Assembly: GCA_964589055.1 (NCBI GenBank) | Contig: CAZPSD010000002.1 | Location: 12,867 to 76,866 of the forward strand | DNA from: an uncultured Bacteroides sp. | GTDB lineage: Bacteria; Bacillota; Clostridia; Lachnospirales; Lachnospiraceae | Length of the DNA: 64,000 nt | Direction of reading: 5' to 3' | Made by a program: the position numbers and the translations under genes | Notes under the pieces: generated by a model | The model's database searches: none | What the model was told of the DNA's origin: nothing | The model's input: the letters and a program-made list of their open reading frames with translations, nothing else | In this document: positions 1-11,133 of the stretch, piece after piece | Position numbering within the stretch: the first letter of the stretch is position 1 | Layout of the letters: each line of letters begins with the position of its first letter

Positions 1-3000
1 CTGTTCTCCGAACTGTCCTGCCCGGTGTCGCTCCTGCTGATGGCGCCGCTCTTGGTCAGCTGCTCGCTGCCGCACGTTTCCTCCGTAATATAGAACTGCA
101 GCCTCTCACCAAAGAAAAGAACGAACTCTTTCACACAGATTCCGGCGAACATATCCTTCATCTCTTCTTTACAATATTCATTCTCTCCGCCGCCTTCACT
201 TTGAAGCACATAATGGATGACAGCCTTACATCCGGGTTTCGCCCGGTACTCCACCATTGTCTTGTCTGCATAAGCATCCATCTGCGGCAGATACCCCTGA
301 TATTCCTTATAGACCGGCAGCACGATATGTTCTGCCAAAAGATCCTCCAGGAAAAGGCAGCACACCTGTCTGCTCTTCTGAGTCTGCTCCTGTTTATTTT
401 CCGCATAATACTGTAAAAAGGCAATCTTACAAACAAGATGAAGCGGCACCTGCTTCCGGCTTAAATCCAAAACGCTTTCGAAAATATAAGGTTCCGCGAT
501 CTGCTCTCTTACAGCATAATCATAACAGCATTGGGATAAAAATGCCGCCATCAGATCTTCCTTGCCGCCGTTTTTACAATAGGAACGGAAAATCTCTCCT
601 TTTTCTCCCACATGGGAACCCGTATAGAGCATTTGTACAAGCATACGTTCGCACAGGCTGTAAGTATCTACCCCATAGGACCGGGCTGTCTTCCAGATAT
701 CCCGCATGTTTTTGATACTGCCGGAATAATATTTAACCAAATATTCCAATATATTCTCATCATATTTGCCCTTCCGCAGAATATAGAAAAGGATCCCCGT
801 CATGACCGGATCTTCTTCCCGTTCCTCCATATCCAAGAGCCTGCTGCACAATTTCAGCAGCACTTTGGAATCCACATGGTACGGGCCGCAGATTCTTACC
901 CATGCATAGGCTTCCTCATACATCCCCCTGACTACCATATACCGGATAATTTTCCTGCGGTCACGCCTTGCCATATCCTCCGGTTTCAAAGCAAGAAGAT
1001 ACTCATCCAGTTCCCGCATTCTATCCTTTTCATAATAGAAATCCACCAGCATCATGCGGATTTCCTGTTTCACATTTTCTTCTATTTGATCGGATTCCGC
1101 CAGCCGGGCAAATAGATCCGCATTGTCCTCCTGCACTACAAAGCTGTTCTGATATTCATAACACGCGTAAACGGCATAACCTAAATGATCCCGCACAAAA
1201 GGCGCTATCATGAGTGCCAGCCTGGACGGATCAATAACCGCCTCCGACTGATATTCCACACTGACAGTATATCGGTTTCCCTCGCCGTCACCTAACAAAA
1301 TCTTGCAGTCGGAATCATAGACCGGCACCATTATTTTGCCTGCGGTAACAGGATAAACCGTCTGCCCGACACCATAGGGATATACGAGAATCACTTCTTT
1401 TATCCGGTCGGAGGGTATATGAATCTCCCTCATAAATAACAAAGATGCCAGCTGTCCTGCGCTTTCCTCATCGATCATCGGCAGACTGATCAGATTACGG
1501 TACAGATAGGCAAGATCCTTATTGATCCTGCCATGCCGGATCTGCTCCAACACAAACCGCTCCATGGCGGCACAGTAGTTTACATAAATGTCTGGTATTT
1601 CCTCCCGATGCTTATGTACATAAGCATAAAGATACGCCGTAATTTCATAGCGCAGATCACTCTGATAAGCAAAATACATCAGTATCATCTTCGGCAGCGG
1701 CCCATCATAGGATAAGGAAATGGACATCATATAATATTCATATAACCGGGTAATCCGAAGATTCTGTTCCACACCGGCGCGATACCAGGGAAAATATGCC
1801 TCTCCCTGACAGTTGCCTTTGATCAATAACGTGCAGATTGCATGCAGGATGTCATTCTGCGGGCGCTTTTCATAACACCCCTTCAAAATCCGGAACAAAT
1901 GCTCAGAGTAGGTTTTCTGCTTCTGTGCCAAATATACTACCTGCAGGATAATCTCCTCCCGCATCAGGTCATTTTTTACCGCATACAATAAAATCTGTAA
2001 TTCAAAGGTTCCCAATTTCATGAGCATGGCAGGATTCATACATAAAATATGCCACGCTTCCATATAGATAACCGGAGAATTACAGTGATGCTGAAATAAT
2101 TCCTCCAACAGCCCCCACTTACGGGAAGGGCTTTTTACATACTCTTCGGACAGATACAGCAGCAGCCAGGCAATCCGCCAATTACCCCGGTTGCGGAGGT
2201 AGGTTTCCCCAACAAGCGCCGCCACATCATCAACATAATTATCGTCTTTACTGTACAGGGTGGTCAGGTACAGATAATAACACCACAACTCCGGACAGGA
2301 CTCCTTCCTCATAAGAACCTGCTCTTCCTGCTTCCCGATCATCCATTTTGCTTCATTATACCGTTCCTCCGTGAGCAGAAGCTGCCCCTGGAAAAGCTTC
2401 ACGGCAACGTCCTTATCGTCGATTTCCTCCATACGGTTTAACAGCCTGCGGGTCTCTGTCATCCATGTTTTGGCGCTGATCTTTTTCAATCTGAATGCCT
2501 GATAATATTCCATCAGCGACACCGTCAACCGCATCTTCTCCTTATGCAGCCCTAATATTTTCCTTGCCGTCGTGTGCTGCACTACCGTAACCGGAATCCG
2601 GATCGTATCATGCCCCTGCTCCAACAAAACAGCGCCGTAATTGCTGCCCGCATGAAGCTTCTCACGGTCCACGTAATAATATAATCTGTAAATATTGCCT
2701 AAGAAAGCTGAGTCCGTCACAGTATTCTCATCAACCTGCAAAAACTCTCCTTCCGTCTTAATCCGTAAATGGGTGTAACCCCAGCCGTTCCGGTTGATCA
2801 CCAGCGCATACCGCGTCTTCTCAAGCGGATCTTCGATTCTGATCTGAGTCTCCTCCGGAATATATTCTACCGGCTTCTTCTTATGAATTTCCAACAGGAA
2901 TTCCTCTACATTATGCTCATTGCCATGAACCGCCGAAAGTCCCTTATAAGCAGCATAATATTGTCTGTCATTTCCGCAAAATACCGCCTTAAATTCTTTG

Positions 3001-3440
3001 GAATAAAACAGTTTGACAGCTTCTTCCCAATTCGTTTTCGCAAGGTTAGTAAAATGGAACAGATTCTTGATATTGCCCAGACTGGAAGCAATGGTCTTCG
3101 GTTTAATGGCCACAGAAAAAGGAAGAAAATACTCTCCCTGATTGGATATGACATGAAAAGCGCCTTTGACCTCTTCTCCCTCTTCCATCCCACGGGAATC
3201 AAAACGATACAATATCTCATCCTCTCTTCCGCTAAATCCCTGCGTGATACATTCCATACGCAGATCAGAAGAGACAACATATCCTTCCGTCACCCGTCCC
3301 TCAGGCCCGTAGATTGAGAAGGAGCCTTCTTCGACCGTGTCGGTAAGAAGTGACATTTCAATACGTGGACAGGAAAAATCCAAGGAACCATTATCAAGAT
3401 TGAAATTACCATTTCGTATTTCTTCTATAACCTGTCTCAC
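1..3440 (-). CDS. DUF5717-family large protein (>1140 aa, 3' end outside window)
   Basis: GTG at 3440 gives MRQVIEEIRNGNFNLDNGSLDFSCPRIE...GEYFLPF; the same frame at the window edge reads LFFGERLQFYITEE...QLTKSG. Absent from the ORF track, consistent with no in-window stop; the interior was not translated codon by codon. Confidence 0.8.
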   Translation of the reverse strand, partial: MRQVIEEIRNGNFNLDNGSLDFSCPRIEMSLLTDTVEEGSFSIYGPEGRVTEGYVVSSDLRMECITQGFSGREDEILYRFDSRGMEEGEEVKGAFHVISNQGEYFLPFSVAIKPKTIASSLGNIKNLFHFTNLAKTNWEEAVKLFYSKEFKAVFCGNDRQYYAAYKGLSAVHGNEHNVEEFLLEIHKKKPVEYIPEETQIRIEDPLEKTRYALVINRNGWGYTHLRIKTEGEFLQVDENTVTDSAFLGNIYRLYYYVDREKLHAGSNYGAVLLEQGHDTIRIPVTVVQHTTARKILGLHKEKMRLTVSLMEYYQAFRLKKISAKTWMTETRRLLNRMEEIDDKDVAVKLFQGQLLLTEERYNEAKWMIGKQEEQVLMRKESCPELWCYYLYLTTLYSKDDNYVDDVAALVGETYLRNRGNWRIAWLLLYLSEEYVKSPSRKWGLLEELFQHHCNSPVIYMEAWHILCMNPAMLMKLGTFELQILLYAVKNDLMREEIILQVVYLAQKQKTYSEHLFRILKGCYEKRPQNDILHAICTLLIKGNCQGEAYFPWYRAGVEQNLRITRLYEYYMMSISLSYDGPLPKMILMYFAYQSDLRYEITAYLYAYVHKHREEIPDIYVNYCAAMERFVLEQIRHGRINKDLAYLYRNLISLPMIDEESAGQLASLLFMREIHIPSDRIKEVILVYPYGVGQTVYPVTAGKIMVPVYDSDCKILLGDGEGNRYTVSVEYQSEAVIDPSRLALMIAPFVRDHLGYAVYACYEYQNSFVVQEDNADLFARLAESDQIEENVKQEIRMMLVDFYYEKDRMRELDEYLLALKPEDMARRDRRKIIRYMVVRGMYEEAYAWVRICGPYHVDSKVLLKLCSRLLDMEEREEDPVMTGILFYILRKGKYDENILEYLVKYYSGSIKNMRDIWKTARSYGVDTYSLCERMLVQMLYTGSHVGEKGEIFRSYCKNGGKEDLMAAFLSQCCYDYAVREQIAEPYIFESVLDLSRKQVPLHLVCKIAFLQYYAENKQEQTQKSRQVCCLFLEDLLAEHIVLPVYKEYQGYLPQMDAYADKTMVEYRAKPGCKAVIHYVLQSEGGGENEYCKEEMKDMFAGICVKEFVLFFGERLQFYITEETCGSEQLTKSGAISRSDTGQDSSEN

Positions 3441-3558
3441 AATTCTACTCCGTGCTTTTCGATTTTTTCTTCGGCTTAGCCTATTATAGCATTTATGAGG
3501 TAGCATGTGCAACATCAAATGCATACCATAATACTAAGAGTATACTACGAGGTATCTT

Positions 3559-4824
3559 ATGGAAAAGCCCGTTTTAAAAAGCATGCAGACCGATGAAACG
3601 GATGTTGGCAGGCTTCAGGTCAATGTCACCGCTGACATCGGACAGATCCCTATTCAAAATGCAGCCATAACCATTTCCTTTACCGGAGAACCGGACAGCA
3701 CGGTAGAGAGCCTGACCACGGATTCTTCCGGGCAGACGGAGACAGTCTCCCTCAGGACCCCTCCTTTGGAATACAGTCTGACCCCCAACTCTCCCATGCC
3801 CTACTCCGAATATACCGTGTCAGTCACGGCGCCGGGATATGAGCCCGTTACCGTGTCCGGCGTGGAAGTATTACCGGATGTTACCGCCGTTCAGAATATT
3901 GAAATGACGCCTTTGGAAATATCACAGGAAACAGAAGAGACAATCACAATCCCGGATCATACCCTCTATGGGGATTATCCGCCCAAAATCCCCGAAGATG
4001 AAATCAAACCGATAGATGAAACCGGCGAAATCGTTTTAAGCCGCGTCGTGATTCCTGAATATATTATTGTACATGACGGTGTCCCTTCAGATTCCACTGC
4101 CGGAAACTATTATGTCCGTTACAGAGATTACATTAAAAATGTAGTTTCATCGGAGATCTACGCCACCTGGCCGGAAAGCGCTATCTACGCCAATACACTG
4201 GCAATCATGTCTGTCACATTAAACAGGGTATATACAGAGTGGTATCGGAATCAGGGATATAATTTTACAATCACTTCCTCAACCGCTTACGACCAAAAAT
4301 GGATACGCGGCCGTAATATCTATACCAACATCGACAGACTGGTAGATACCATCTTCGCCAATTTCCTCTCCCGCCCCGGTGTGCGTCAGCCTATCTTTAC
4401 CTCTTACTGTGACGGCAGAAATGTTACTTGCAGCGGCTTGAGCCAATGGGGCTCCAAATATCTGGGAGATGAAGGCTACTCGCCAATCGAAATCATTCGT
4501 TACTACTACGGCAGCGATATATATATCAACTCTGCCGTGGCCGTATCCGGCGTTCCCTCTTCATGGCCCGGCTACAACTTAAGCGTCGGCGCTTCCGGCG
4601 ACAAAGTGCTTCAGATCCAGCAGCAGTTAAACCGTATCGCGCAGAACTATCCTGCCATCCCGCGCATAACGGCAGACGGTGTATACGGCTCAGCCACCGC
4701 TGATGCGGTGCGTACCTTCCAGCGCATCTTTAATCTGTCCCAGTCCGGTATCGTGGATTATCCGACCTGGTATAAAATCTCTGAAATCTATGTGGGTGTC
4801 AGCAGGATCGCAGAGCCGGGCTGA
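3559..4824 (+). CDS. SleC-like spore cortex-lytic enzyme with C-terminal peptidoglycan-binding domain
   Basis: IIVHDG.P, YIKNVVSSEIYATWP, LSQWGSKYL, C-terminal ADGVYGSATADAVRTFQ PG-binding_1 motif; GAGG RBS. Confidence 0.85.
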   Translation: MEKPVLKSMQTDETDVGRLQVNVTADIGQIPIQNAAITISFTGEPDSTVESLTTDSSGQTETVSLRTPPLEYSLTPNSPMPYSEYTVSVTAPGYEPVTVSGVEVLPDVTAVQNIEMTPLEISQETEETITIPDHTLYGDYPPKIPEDEIKPIDETGEIVLSRVVIPEYIIVHDGVPSDSTAGNYYVRYRDYIKNVVSSEIYATWPESAIYANTLAIMSVTLNRVYTEWYRNQGYNFTITSSTAYDQKWIRGRNIYTNIDRLVDTIFANFLSRPGVRQPIFTSYCDGRNVTCSGLSQWGSKYLGDEGYSPIEIIRYYYGSDIYINSAVAVSGVPSSWPGYNLSVGASGDKVLQIQQQLNRIAQNYPAIPRITADGVYGSATADAVRTFQRIFNLSQSGIVDYPTWYKISEIYVGVSRIAEPG

Positions 4825-4896
4825 TTCTTCTCCAACATGCATAGTTCGGGAAATATCGCAAAAAGGCAGCCCGCTGATGGCGGCTGTCCTCTCTGA

Positions 4897-4946
4897 TAAA
4901 CCCTTAACGGCAGAGCCTGTTTGAAGGTCTCTGCCGCTAAGGTTTT
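4897..4946. terminator. Bidirectional hairpin terminator between convergent genes
   Basis: cttaacggcagag...ctctgccgctaag inverted repeat with A/T flanks. Confidence 0.6.
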
Positions 4947-4989
4947 CGTTATGAAGAACTATAGGAATTACCTGTCAAAAGCAGGATGC

Positions 4990-6630
4990 TTATCTGGTAG
5001 CATACCACTCCTCATACTGTCTGTTGAATTCGTCCAAAACTTCCTGTAAACCTGCATTGTAGCACTCTTCAATCATCTTATCCAGAGCAGCGTCCACATC
5101 ATCTACAAGTCCCAGCTCGATCATCGGGACATAGTCGTTTAATACCACATTAACCGCCGCTTTATAGGATTCTACGGAGCTGTCATCAAAAACAAAGGTA
5201 ATCGTCGGATTGCTCTTGACACGGTCTTCCCATGAATCTGTGATTGCGGTCTCTCTCGGGTCAGCGCCTGTTTCACCTAATTCACCGTTCTTAATCGCCC
5301 AGGAAGCTGAAATTGCATAAGCGGCATAGTCGCCTGCTGCTTCTAACTCCGTATATTTGTTATCATCATCAATAGAATAATGCTTGCCTTCCACACCCAA
5401 TATCAGCAGATGGTTCAGGTAGGTATCCATCTTGATCAGGTCAAGCACCATAGCTGCTCTCTGCGGGTCTTTGGAGCTTGCTGTGATTGCCATATCGTTG
5501 TTGGAATATGCCTCGCAGCCTACAAAATGATCCTTTGTCAAGTCATAAGCGGCTCCTACAACCCCTTCTGTCTGCTCTGCCTGCTTAATATAAGTAAATA
5601 CGGAAGTATTCCATGCAATGGAAGCACCTTGCAAAGCGCCGAACGCATCGTCATCCGTTACTGTATTGGTAAGCGCCGAACGGCTCCATGCACCGGCGTC
5701 TGCCAGTTCCTTCATATCATACGCAAACTGACGGAATTCTTCTGTCTCATATACCAGCGAAATGTCATCCGTTGTCGGAAGAGAGCCGTTATCTTTATAT
5801 ATAAAATCCATATAATCGCTGTCTAACGCTAAAAACGTGTCATACTGCTGGCGGTACACATCCCACAGCTCATTATTGTCAACAGAGGATGCAATGCCGT
5901 AGATACCGCTCTCCGGTGTTTCCTGCTCTGCTACTGTCAGCAGGAAGTTCTTATAATCCTCCCAGCTATCCAGTGAATCGATTCCGTACTTATCGGCAAT
6001 ATCCTGACGGATTGCCACAATCTTGCCTGCTGCCTGTGCCGTGTTGGTAGGGACAGCAATGGTCTTGCCTGAAATTGTCGTCTCATCCCAGCTTTCCGCT
6101 GCCTGATACTTATTAGTCAGGGGCATATAAGCTGCCCGGAAATCCTCTGTCAGCTCATAGAAAGAGCCCTTGGAGGCTTCTGTGTACATATAGCACCATG
6201 GAGCCGTAAAGATAATGTCCACATCTTCGCCGCCGGCTAACACCAGAGAATACATCGTCTGATAATCACTCCAGCTCATAAAGGTAACGGCAAGTTCTGT
6301 GTTAAAAGGCTCTAAATATTCATTGACAAGCCCCAGCACTTCTTCCCAGTCGTTGGGTGTATCACCGATCAGATACATATTAACCGTTTCCTGTTTGCTC
6401 AGGTCTGTGTTGGGATACATCTCAGGCGTGGCAGCTACGGTTCCCTCACCGATAACTTCCGGTAAATCTGCCGACGCATCACTTACTGCTGCCGTGTCTG
6501 TGCCGGCGGTTCCTGATTCCGTACTACTGCCTGAATCAGTTGTCCCTGGGGAGGAACTGCCGCATCCGGCCAGAACCGAAGCCGTCATCGCTGCAATTAA
6601 CAGCATGGAAATCACTTTCTTCTTTTTCAT
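4990..6630 (-). CDS. Carbohydrate ABC transporter substrate-binding lipoprotein
   Basis: Lipobox LAGC, SBP_bac_1-like sequence, adjacent to two permeases. Confidence 0.9.
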   Translation of the reverse strand: MKKKKVISMLLIAAMTASVLAGCGSSSPGTTDSGSSTESGTAGTDTAAVSDASADLPEVIGEGTVAATPEMYPNTDLSKQETVNMYLIGDTPNDWEEVLGLVNEYLEPFNTELAVTFMSWSDYQTMYSLVLAGGEDVDIIFTAPWCYMYTEASKGSFYELTEDFRAAYMPLTNKYQAAESWDETTISGKTIAVPTNTAQAAGKIVAIRQDIADKYGIDSLDSWEDYKNFLLTVAEQETPESGIYGIASSVDNNELWDVYRQQYDTFLALDSDYMDFIYKDNGSLPTTDDISLVYETEEFRQFAYDMKELADAGAWSRSALTNTVTDDDAFGALQGASIAWNTSVFTYIKQAEQTEGVVGAAYDLTKDHFVGCEAYSNNDMAITASSKDPQRAAMVLDLIKMDTYLNHLLILGVEGKHYSIDDDNKYTELEAAGDYAAYAISASWAIKNGELGETGADPRETAITDSWEDRVKSNPTITFVFDDSSVESYKAAVNVVLNDYVPMIELGLVDDVDAALDKMIEECYNAGLQEVLDEFNRQYEEWYATR

Positions 6631-6756
6631 AAAAATCCTTCCTTTCTTCTTGTAAAGAATGAAATATCCGTCATTCTCTGATAACTCTATATAAAGCCGA
6701 TGGCTTTAATACGATTGGTAATCCGGTTACATTGTAATTGCTATATGTAATTGTTT

Positions 6757-7674
6757 TTATCCTTTTACCGCACCGATCGTAAGACCCTTTACGAAATACC
6801 GCTGTACGAACGGATAAAGCAGCACGATAGGCCCGGTAGCAATAATGGTCATCGCCATCTTCATACTCTCAAGCGGTATGGAAGGAAGCGCCATGCCTGA
6901 CTTCTCCGCAACAATTCGCATTGCCTCTGCGCTGCCTAAAAGTCTTTGCAGGTAATATTGCAGGGTAAACATACTCTCTTCTGTCTGGAACAGCATACAG
7001 TTATACCAGTCATTCCAATATGCTAAAGCGGCAAACAGTCCCAGTGTGGCGATTAACGGTTTGCTGAGCGGCAGGATCAGCCGCACAAAAATAACCATAT
7101 CATTGGCTCCATCCATCTTGGCAGACTCGGAAATTTCTGCCGGAATACCGCTCATAAAGGATTTGGCAATAATCACATTCCATACCGAAAACATAAGAGG
7201 CAGGATCAATCCCAGAACACTATTCTTAAAATGCAGGTATCTGATACAGAGCAGATACCACGGAACCAGTCCTCCGTTAAACAGTGTGGTAAAGAAAAAG
7301 AAGAACGAAAACTGGTTTCTCCACGGGAAATCTTTTCTGGATAACACATATCCTGTCATGGTCGCGATCAGAACCGCTAAAAAAGTACCTACCACTGTCA
7401 CACATATGGTTGTTCCATACGCGTGCAGGATCGCCGTTGGATTTTTCAGGCATAACTGGTATGCCTGAAAACTAAAATCTGCAATCTGCGGCCAAATCGG
7501 ATACCCGTTACGTATCAGTGCCGTCTCATCCGTAAAGGACGCTATAATAATCAAATAAAAGGGAGCAAGGCAAATCAGGGCGAACAGGCCAATCACAATA
7601 TATCCGACAATGCTGATTGTCCAAACGTCCCTTCCCTTTTTGACTTTTGGACTTTGATAAGCTTCTGCTTTCAT
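6757..7674 (-). CDS. Carbohydrate ABC transporter permease (MalG-like)
   Basis: EAA loop EISESAKMDGA, FVKGLTIGAVKG C-terminus; GGAGG RBS before ATG 7674. Confidence 0.92.
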   Translation of the reverse strand: MKAEAYQSPKVKKGRDVWTISIVGYIVIGLFALICLAPFYLIIIASFTDETALIRNGYPIWPQIADFSFQAYQLCLKNPTAILHAYGTTICVTVVGTFLAVLIATMTGYVLSRKDFPWRNQFSFFFFFTTLFNGGLVPWYLLCIRYLHFKNSVLGLILPLMFSVWNVIIAKSFMSGIPAEISESAKMDGANDMVIFVRLILPLSKPLIATLGLFAALAYWNDWYNCMLFQTEESMFTLQYYLQRLLGSAEAMRIVAEKSGMALPSIPLESMKMAMTIIATGPIVLLYPFVQRYFVKGLTIGAVKG

Positions 7675-7710
7675 ATTAACCTCCATTTCGAACTTAATAA
7701 TTTCCCCGTA

Positions 7711-8655
7711 TTAGTACAGTGCGTAATCAGGGTTTACCTTTTTAACCAGTTTGTTACAGATTGTGATCGTTATAAAGCACAATACAGACTGGTATAATCC
7801 GGCCGCCGCAGAGACGCCGATATCACCGGTATCAATCAGCAGGCGGAACACATAGGTATCAATAACGTCCGTCATAGGCTGTAACAAAGCGCTGCTCTTA
7901 ACCGTCTGATAAAACAACCCGAAATCACCACGGAAAATATTACCGATTGCCAGAAGCACCAACACCATCATTGTAGGAATCAGGGATGGAATCGTCAGAT
8001 ACTTAATCTTCTGCCATGCGCTGGCACCGTCTATGGAAGCTGCCTCAAACATTTCCTGATCCATACCCGTAATGGCTGCCAGATACACCACTGAACCATA
8101 CCCCGTTCCTTTCCATAATTTCAGGAAAACCAGTACGAACGGCCATGCCTGCGGCGTGTTGTACAAGTCAAAAGAGGCTGCTCCGAAAAAGTTCAATATA
8201 TGATTAAATACGCCTTTTTCATAATTGAAGACATTGTACATGATCGCGCCTGCAACTACCCAGCTGATGAAGTAGGGCAGGAACATAAGAGACTGTGCCC
8301 CTTTCTTAAAATACTTATTGGTCAATTCATTGATTAAGATAGCGCTTCCCATCTCGCAGATAACGCCAAGAAAAATAAACGCAATATTATAAAGCAGTGT
8401 ATTTCTTGTTACCTGACCTAGCTTGCCGGCAATCAACAGCGCTTTAAAATTGCTCAGTCCATTCCACGGGGAACCATAGATTCCTCCCGCATACTGGTAT
8501 TTCTTAAATGCCAGCACAATACCCGTCATAGGCACATAACTGAACACCAGTACATAAATGACTGCCGGAGCCAGCATCAAAAGCAGCATCCAGTGTTTTT
8601 GAATTACTTTCAGGGGTGACGGGGATACTCCCTTTACTTTCTTTTTCTTCTTCAT
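7711..8655 (-). CDS. Carbohydrate ABC transporter permease (LplB/MalF-like)
   Basis: EAASIDGA EAA loop, FLPYFISWV; start moved to ATG 8655 after a purine-rich RBS. Confidence 0.9.
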   Translation of the reverse strand: MKKKKKVKGVSPSPLKVIQKHWMLLLMLAPAVIYVLVFSYVPMTGIVLAFKKYQYAGGIYGSPWNGLSNFKALLIAGKLGQVTRNTLLYNIAFIFLGVICEMGSAILINELTNKYFKKGAQSLMFLPYFISWVVAGAIMYNVFNYEKGVFNHILNFFGAASFDLYNTPQAWPFVLVFLKLWKGTGYGSVVYLAAITGMDQEMFEAASIDGASAWQKIKYLTIPSLIPTMMVLVLLAIGNIFRGDFGLFYQTVKSSALLQPMTDVIDTYVFRLLIDTGDIGVSAAAGLYQSVLCFITITICNKLVKKVNPDYALY

Positions 8656-8827
8656 CTCTTTCTCCCACACTTTTCCTTTCTTTTCATTCCGCAGACAGCG
8701 AATCCCGTGATTAAATTCCCGCTGTCCGCGGTGGTTTTTCCTTCCCTGTCTTTCATATATGTACTTTGCATACAACAAATCCGCCGCCAGCAACGGAAGT
8801 GTTATCCCCTGGCATCCGCCGCGGGAA

Positions 8828-9838
8828 TCAGGCTTTGTATTTCCTGTATACCGAAAGTGCCTCCGTGAGTTGTAATGTCTTATCTGCCACCAGTCTTGCC
8901 GCCCCTAAGGGATAACCGTCCGGAAGCATATCCACGCTGACCTCCGGCTCCCAGTAGAACACGCCCAATCCCTGATGGTCCGGCACCTGACGCAGAGCCT
9001 CTATCGTATTCTCTATCACTTGTGCCGACCGTCTCTCTTCTGTCGCCTCTTCCCCCACTTCACAGACCATCACTGGCTTGTGAAACCGCTCGGCATAGGT
9101 TATCAGCGGATTATAGAAGCGCTCCGGCTCATCACTGTTCATGCTCTTATCCCAATACGGATAATAGGAAAATCCCAAAATGTCTGTTTTGCCACCCAAT
9201 GAAAAGAAAGCATCCAAAAAGGGATCACAGCCTATCTTCGAAGTTACTCCGGCAAGATGCGTAATGACCTGACAGTCCGGTAAGCATTCCTTCACCGCAT
9301 CATAGCCACTGTTTAACAACCGCACCATAAGCTGCGGATTTTCTTGCAGTCCCCCTCTCGGGAGCAGCAGTCCCGGATTGATTTCATTACCGACCTGTAC
9401 CCATTCTGGACAGATGCCTTCTTCTTTCAAGAGCATCAGAATCTCTCTGGTATGCTCCGCCACATGCAGGATCAGTTCTTCATCGCTGTCATTTCTCCAT
9501 GCTTTCGGTATATCCTGAATCTGTGCATCTGCAAAGTGATCACTGTAATGAAAATCAATCATCAGACGTAAGTTTTTACCTTGGACTCTCTTTGCCGCCT
9601 GAAGCACGCTCTCTCCATCGCAGCAGCCTAACATACACAGGATGTCATCAAACTTCTGCCAGTAAGCATCCTTTGGCGGATTCACAAACACCCGCAGTCT
9701 GACTGCATCAGCGCCTTTGGCAATAACCGCATCAAGCAGATCCGTCTCTTGTCCTGTTTCATCCACCCAGCGTATACCCATATCTTCTAATTGAGTCATC
9801 CATCCCAAATCTACTCCGAAAACCATTTTTTGTATCAT
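8828..9838 (-). CDS. GH53 endo-1,4-beta-galactanase, no signal peptide
   Basis: VRLRVFVNP, IDFHYSD, WVQVGNEIN, SYYPYW, GVFYWEP motifs. Confidence 0.9.
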   Translation of the reverse strand: MIQKMVFGVDLGWMTQLEDMGIRWVDETGQETDLLDAVIAKGADAVRLRVFVNPPKDAYWQKFDDILCMLGCCDGESVLQAAKRVQGKNLRLMIDFHYSDHFADAQIQDIPKAWRNDSDEELILHVAEHTREILMLLKEEGICPEWVQVGNEINPGLLLPRGGLQENPQLMVRLLNSGYDAVKECLPDCQVITHLAGVTSKIGCDPFLDAFFSLGGKTDILGFSYYPYWDKSMNSDEPERFYNPLITYAERFHKPVMVCEVGEEATEERRSAQVIENTIEALRQVPDHQGLGVFYWEPEVSVDMLPDGYPLGAARLVADKTLQLTEALSVYRKYKA

Positions 9839-10024
9839 TTTCGCTTCTCCATTCAGGGAAAATATTATAAAATCAGTATTTTCTATTGATTTATAAGTAA
9901 ATTTTAGTTATTTTAATAGAAAGATACAATGTCATATATAGTCCCAATATAGTTCTTTTTGTATCAAATATGGGAATATTAAACCGAATTATTTCTGTCA
10001 ATTACCGGGAAAGGATGGCAAGCC

Positions 10025-11098
10025 ATGGCAAAGGACAAAACCTTTTATGATAACAATTCCATTGATATTTCCAATGTGGACAGTAAAGTCAGTCTTTTCT
10101 TCAGACTGCCTACCCCGTTTCAAATGACTTATGAATATTGCAGCGGGATTCAGGACGATGACTATCTGAATATTGTCACACTCTCGGAAAACGAGCCTTT
10201 CTATATGCAGGAGTCCATGAAGACCCACAACAGCCTGTTCAACGGACGGGCAGCGCATTTCCACGATCATTATGAATTTCTGCTTGTATTAGAGGGAATG
10301 GTGATTCACCAGATTGAGGGGAAGAACTATCTGTATCCTGCCGGTTCCTGCTGCCTGATCAACAGAAGCATACTGCACAAAGAAACCTTTAAAAAAGCAA
10401 GCAAGATATGTTTCTTCGGATTCACGACCCGCTTCATCGCCGGACTCCTCCACTCGGCAGACGATGCCTATTTCGCGCAGGAGCGGGCAATTAAAAACAG
10501 CGAGCTGTATCAATTCATCATAAACGATATGAAAAATCCGGGTAAAAAAATCTATCTTGACTTTCTGCCCACAGGAGATAATGTGATTAAAACTCTGCAA
10601 AAGTGCCAAAACATCAAGCTTCTTATGGATGCCCTGCTTTTCCCGACATTCGGCGCAACCCATCAGATCAACGGCGCGCTGTGTGATATAATCTCCTTCC
10701 TTGCTGATAAAAAGAATTTCCACTGCACCACCGTAGAAGTAAGCAACGACAGCGACCACTTATTATTCCAGCGTATCAGCCACTTGCTGGAAGACGAAAA
10801 CGGACGTCTGTCCAGACAGGAGCTGAGCAAACGTCTTAATTACAGCGGTGACTACATCAACCGAATTGTGCATAAATATACGGGCATGTGTCTGCACGAT
10901 TACAGTATGGATTTTGCGATTCAGAAAGCTGCTGCCGATCTGCTGGCTACCAATGATTCCATTGCGGAGATCGGCGCCCGCCTGCAGTTTAGCAACAGGA
11001 CATATTTTTATCAGGTCTTTAAGAGCAGATTCGGCATGACGCCGAAGGAATACCGGAATGTACATAGAGCAGAACAGCAAAACGGTATACAAGTCTGA
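10025..11098 (+). CDS. AraC-family transcriptional regulator
   Basis: N-terminal cupin HFHDHYE; C-terminal HTH FSNRTYFYQVFKSRFGMTPKEYR; divergent from GH53. Confidence 0.9.
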   Translation: MAKDKTFYDNNSIDISNVDSKVSLFFRLPTPFQMTYEYCSGIQDDDYLNIVTLSENEPFYMQESMKTHNSLFNGRAAHFHDHYEFLLVLEGMVIHQIEGKNYLYPAGSCCLINRSILHKETFKKASKICFFGFTTRFIAGLLHSADDAYFAQERAIKNSELYQFIINDMKNPGKKIYLDFLPTGDNVIKTLQKCQNIKLLMDALLFPTFGATHQINGALCDIISFLADKKNFHCTTVEVSNDSDHLLFQRISHLLEDENGRLSRQELSKRLNYSGDYINRIVHKYTGMCLHDYSMDFAIQKAAADLLATNDSIAEIGARLQFSNRTYFYQVFKSRFGMTPKEYRNVHRAEQQNGIQV

Positions 11099-11133
11099 TT
11101 TGCAATCTTCAGACTTGCATACCGTCCTGTCCG

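Noticed and set aside
3480-3558. Sporulation sigma promoter for the SleC-like gene
   Set aside because: CATA-type -10 candidates exist but spacing to any -35 does not fit SigE, F, G or K cleanly
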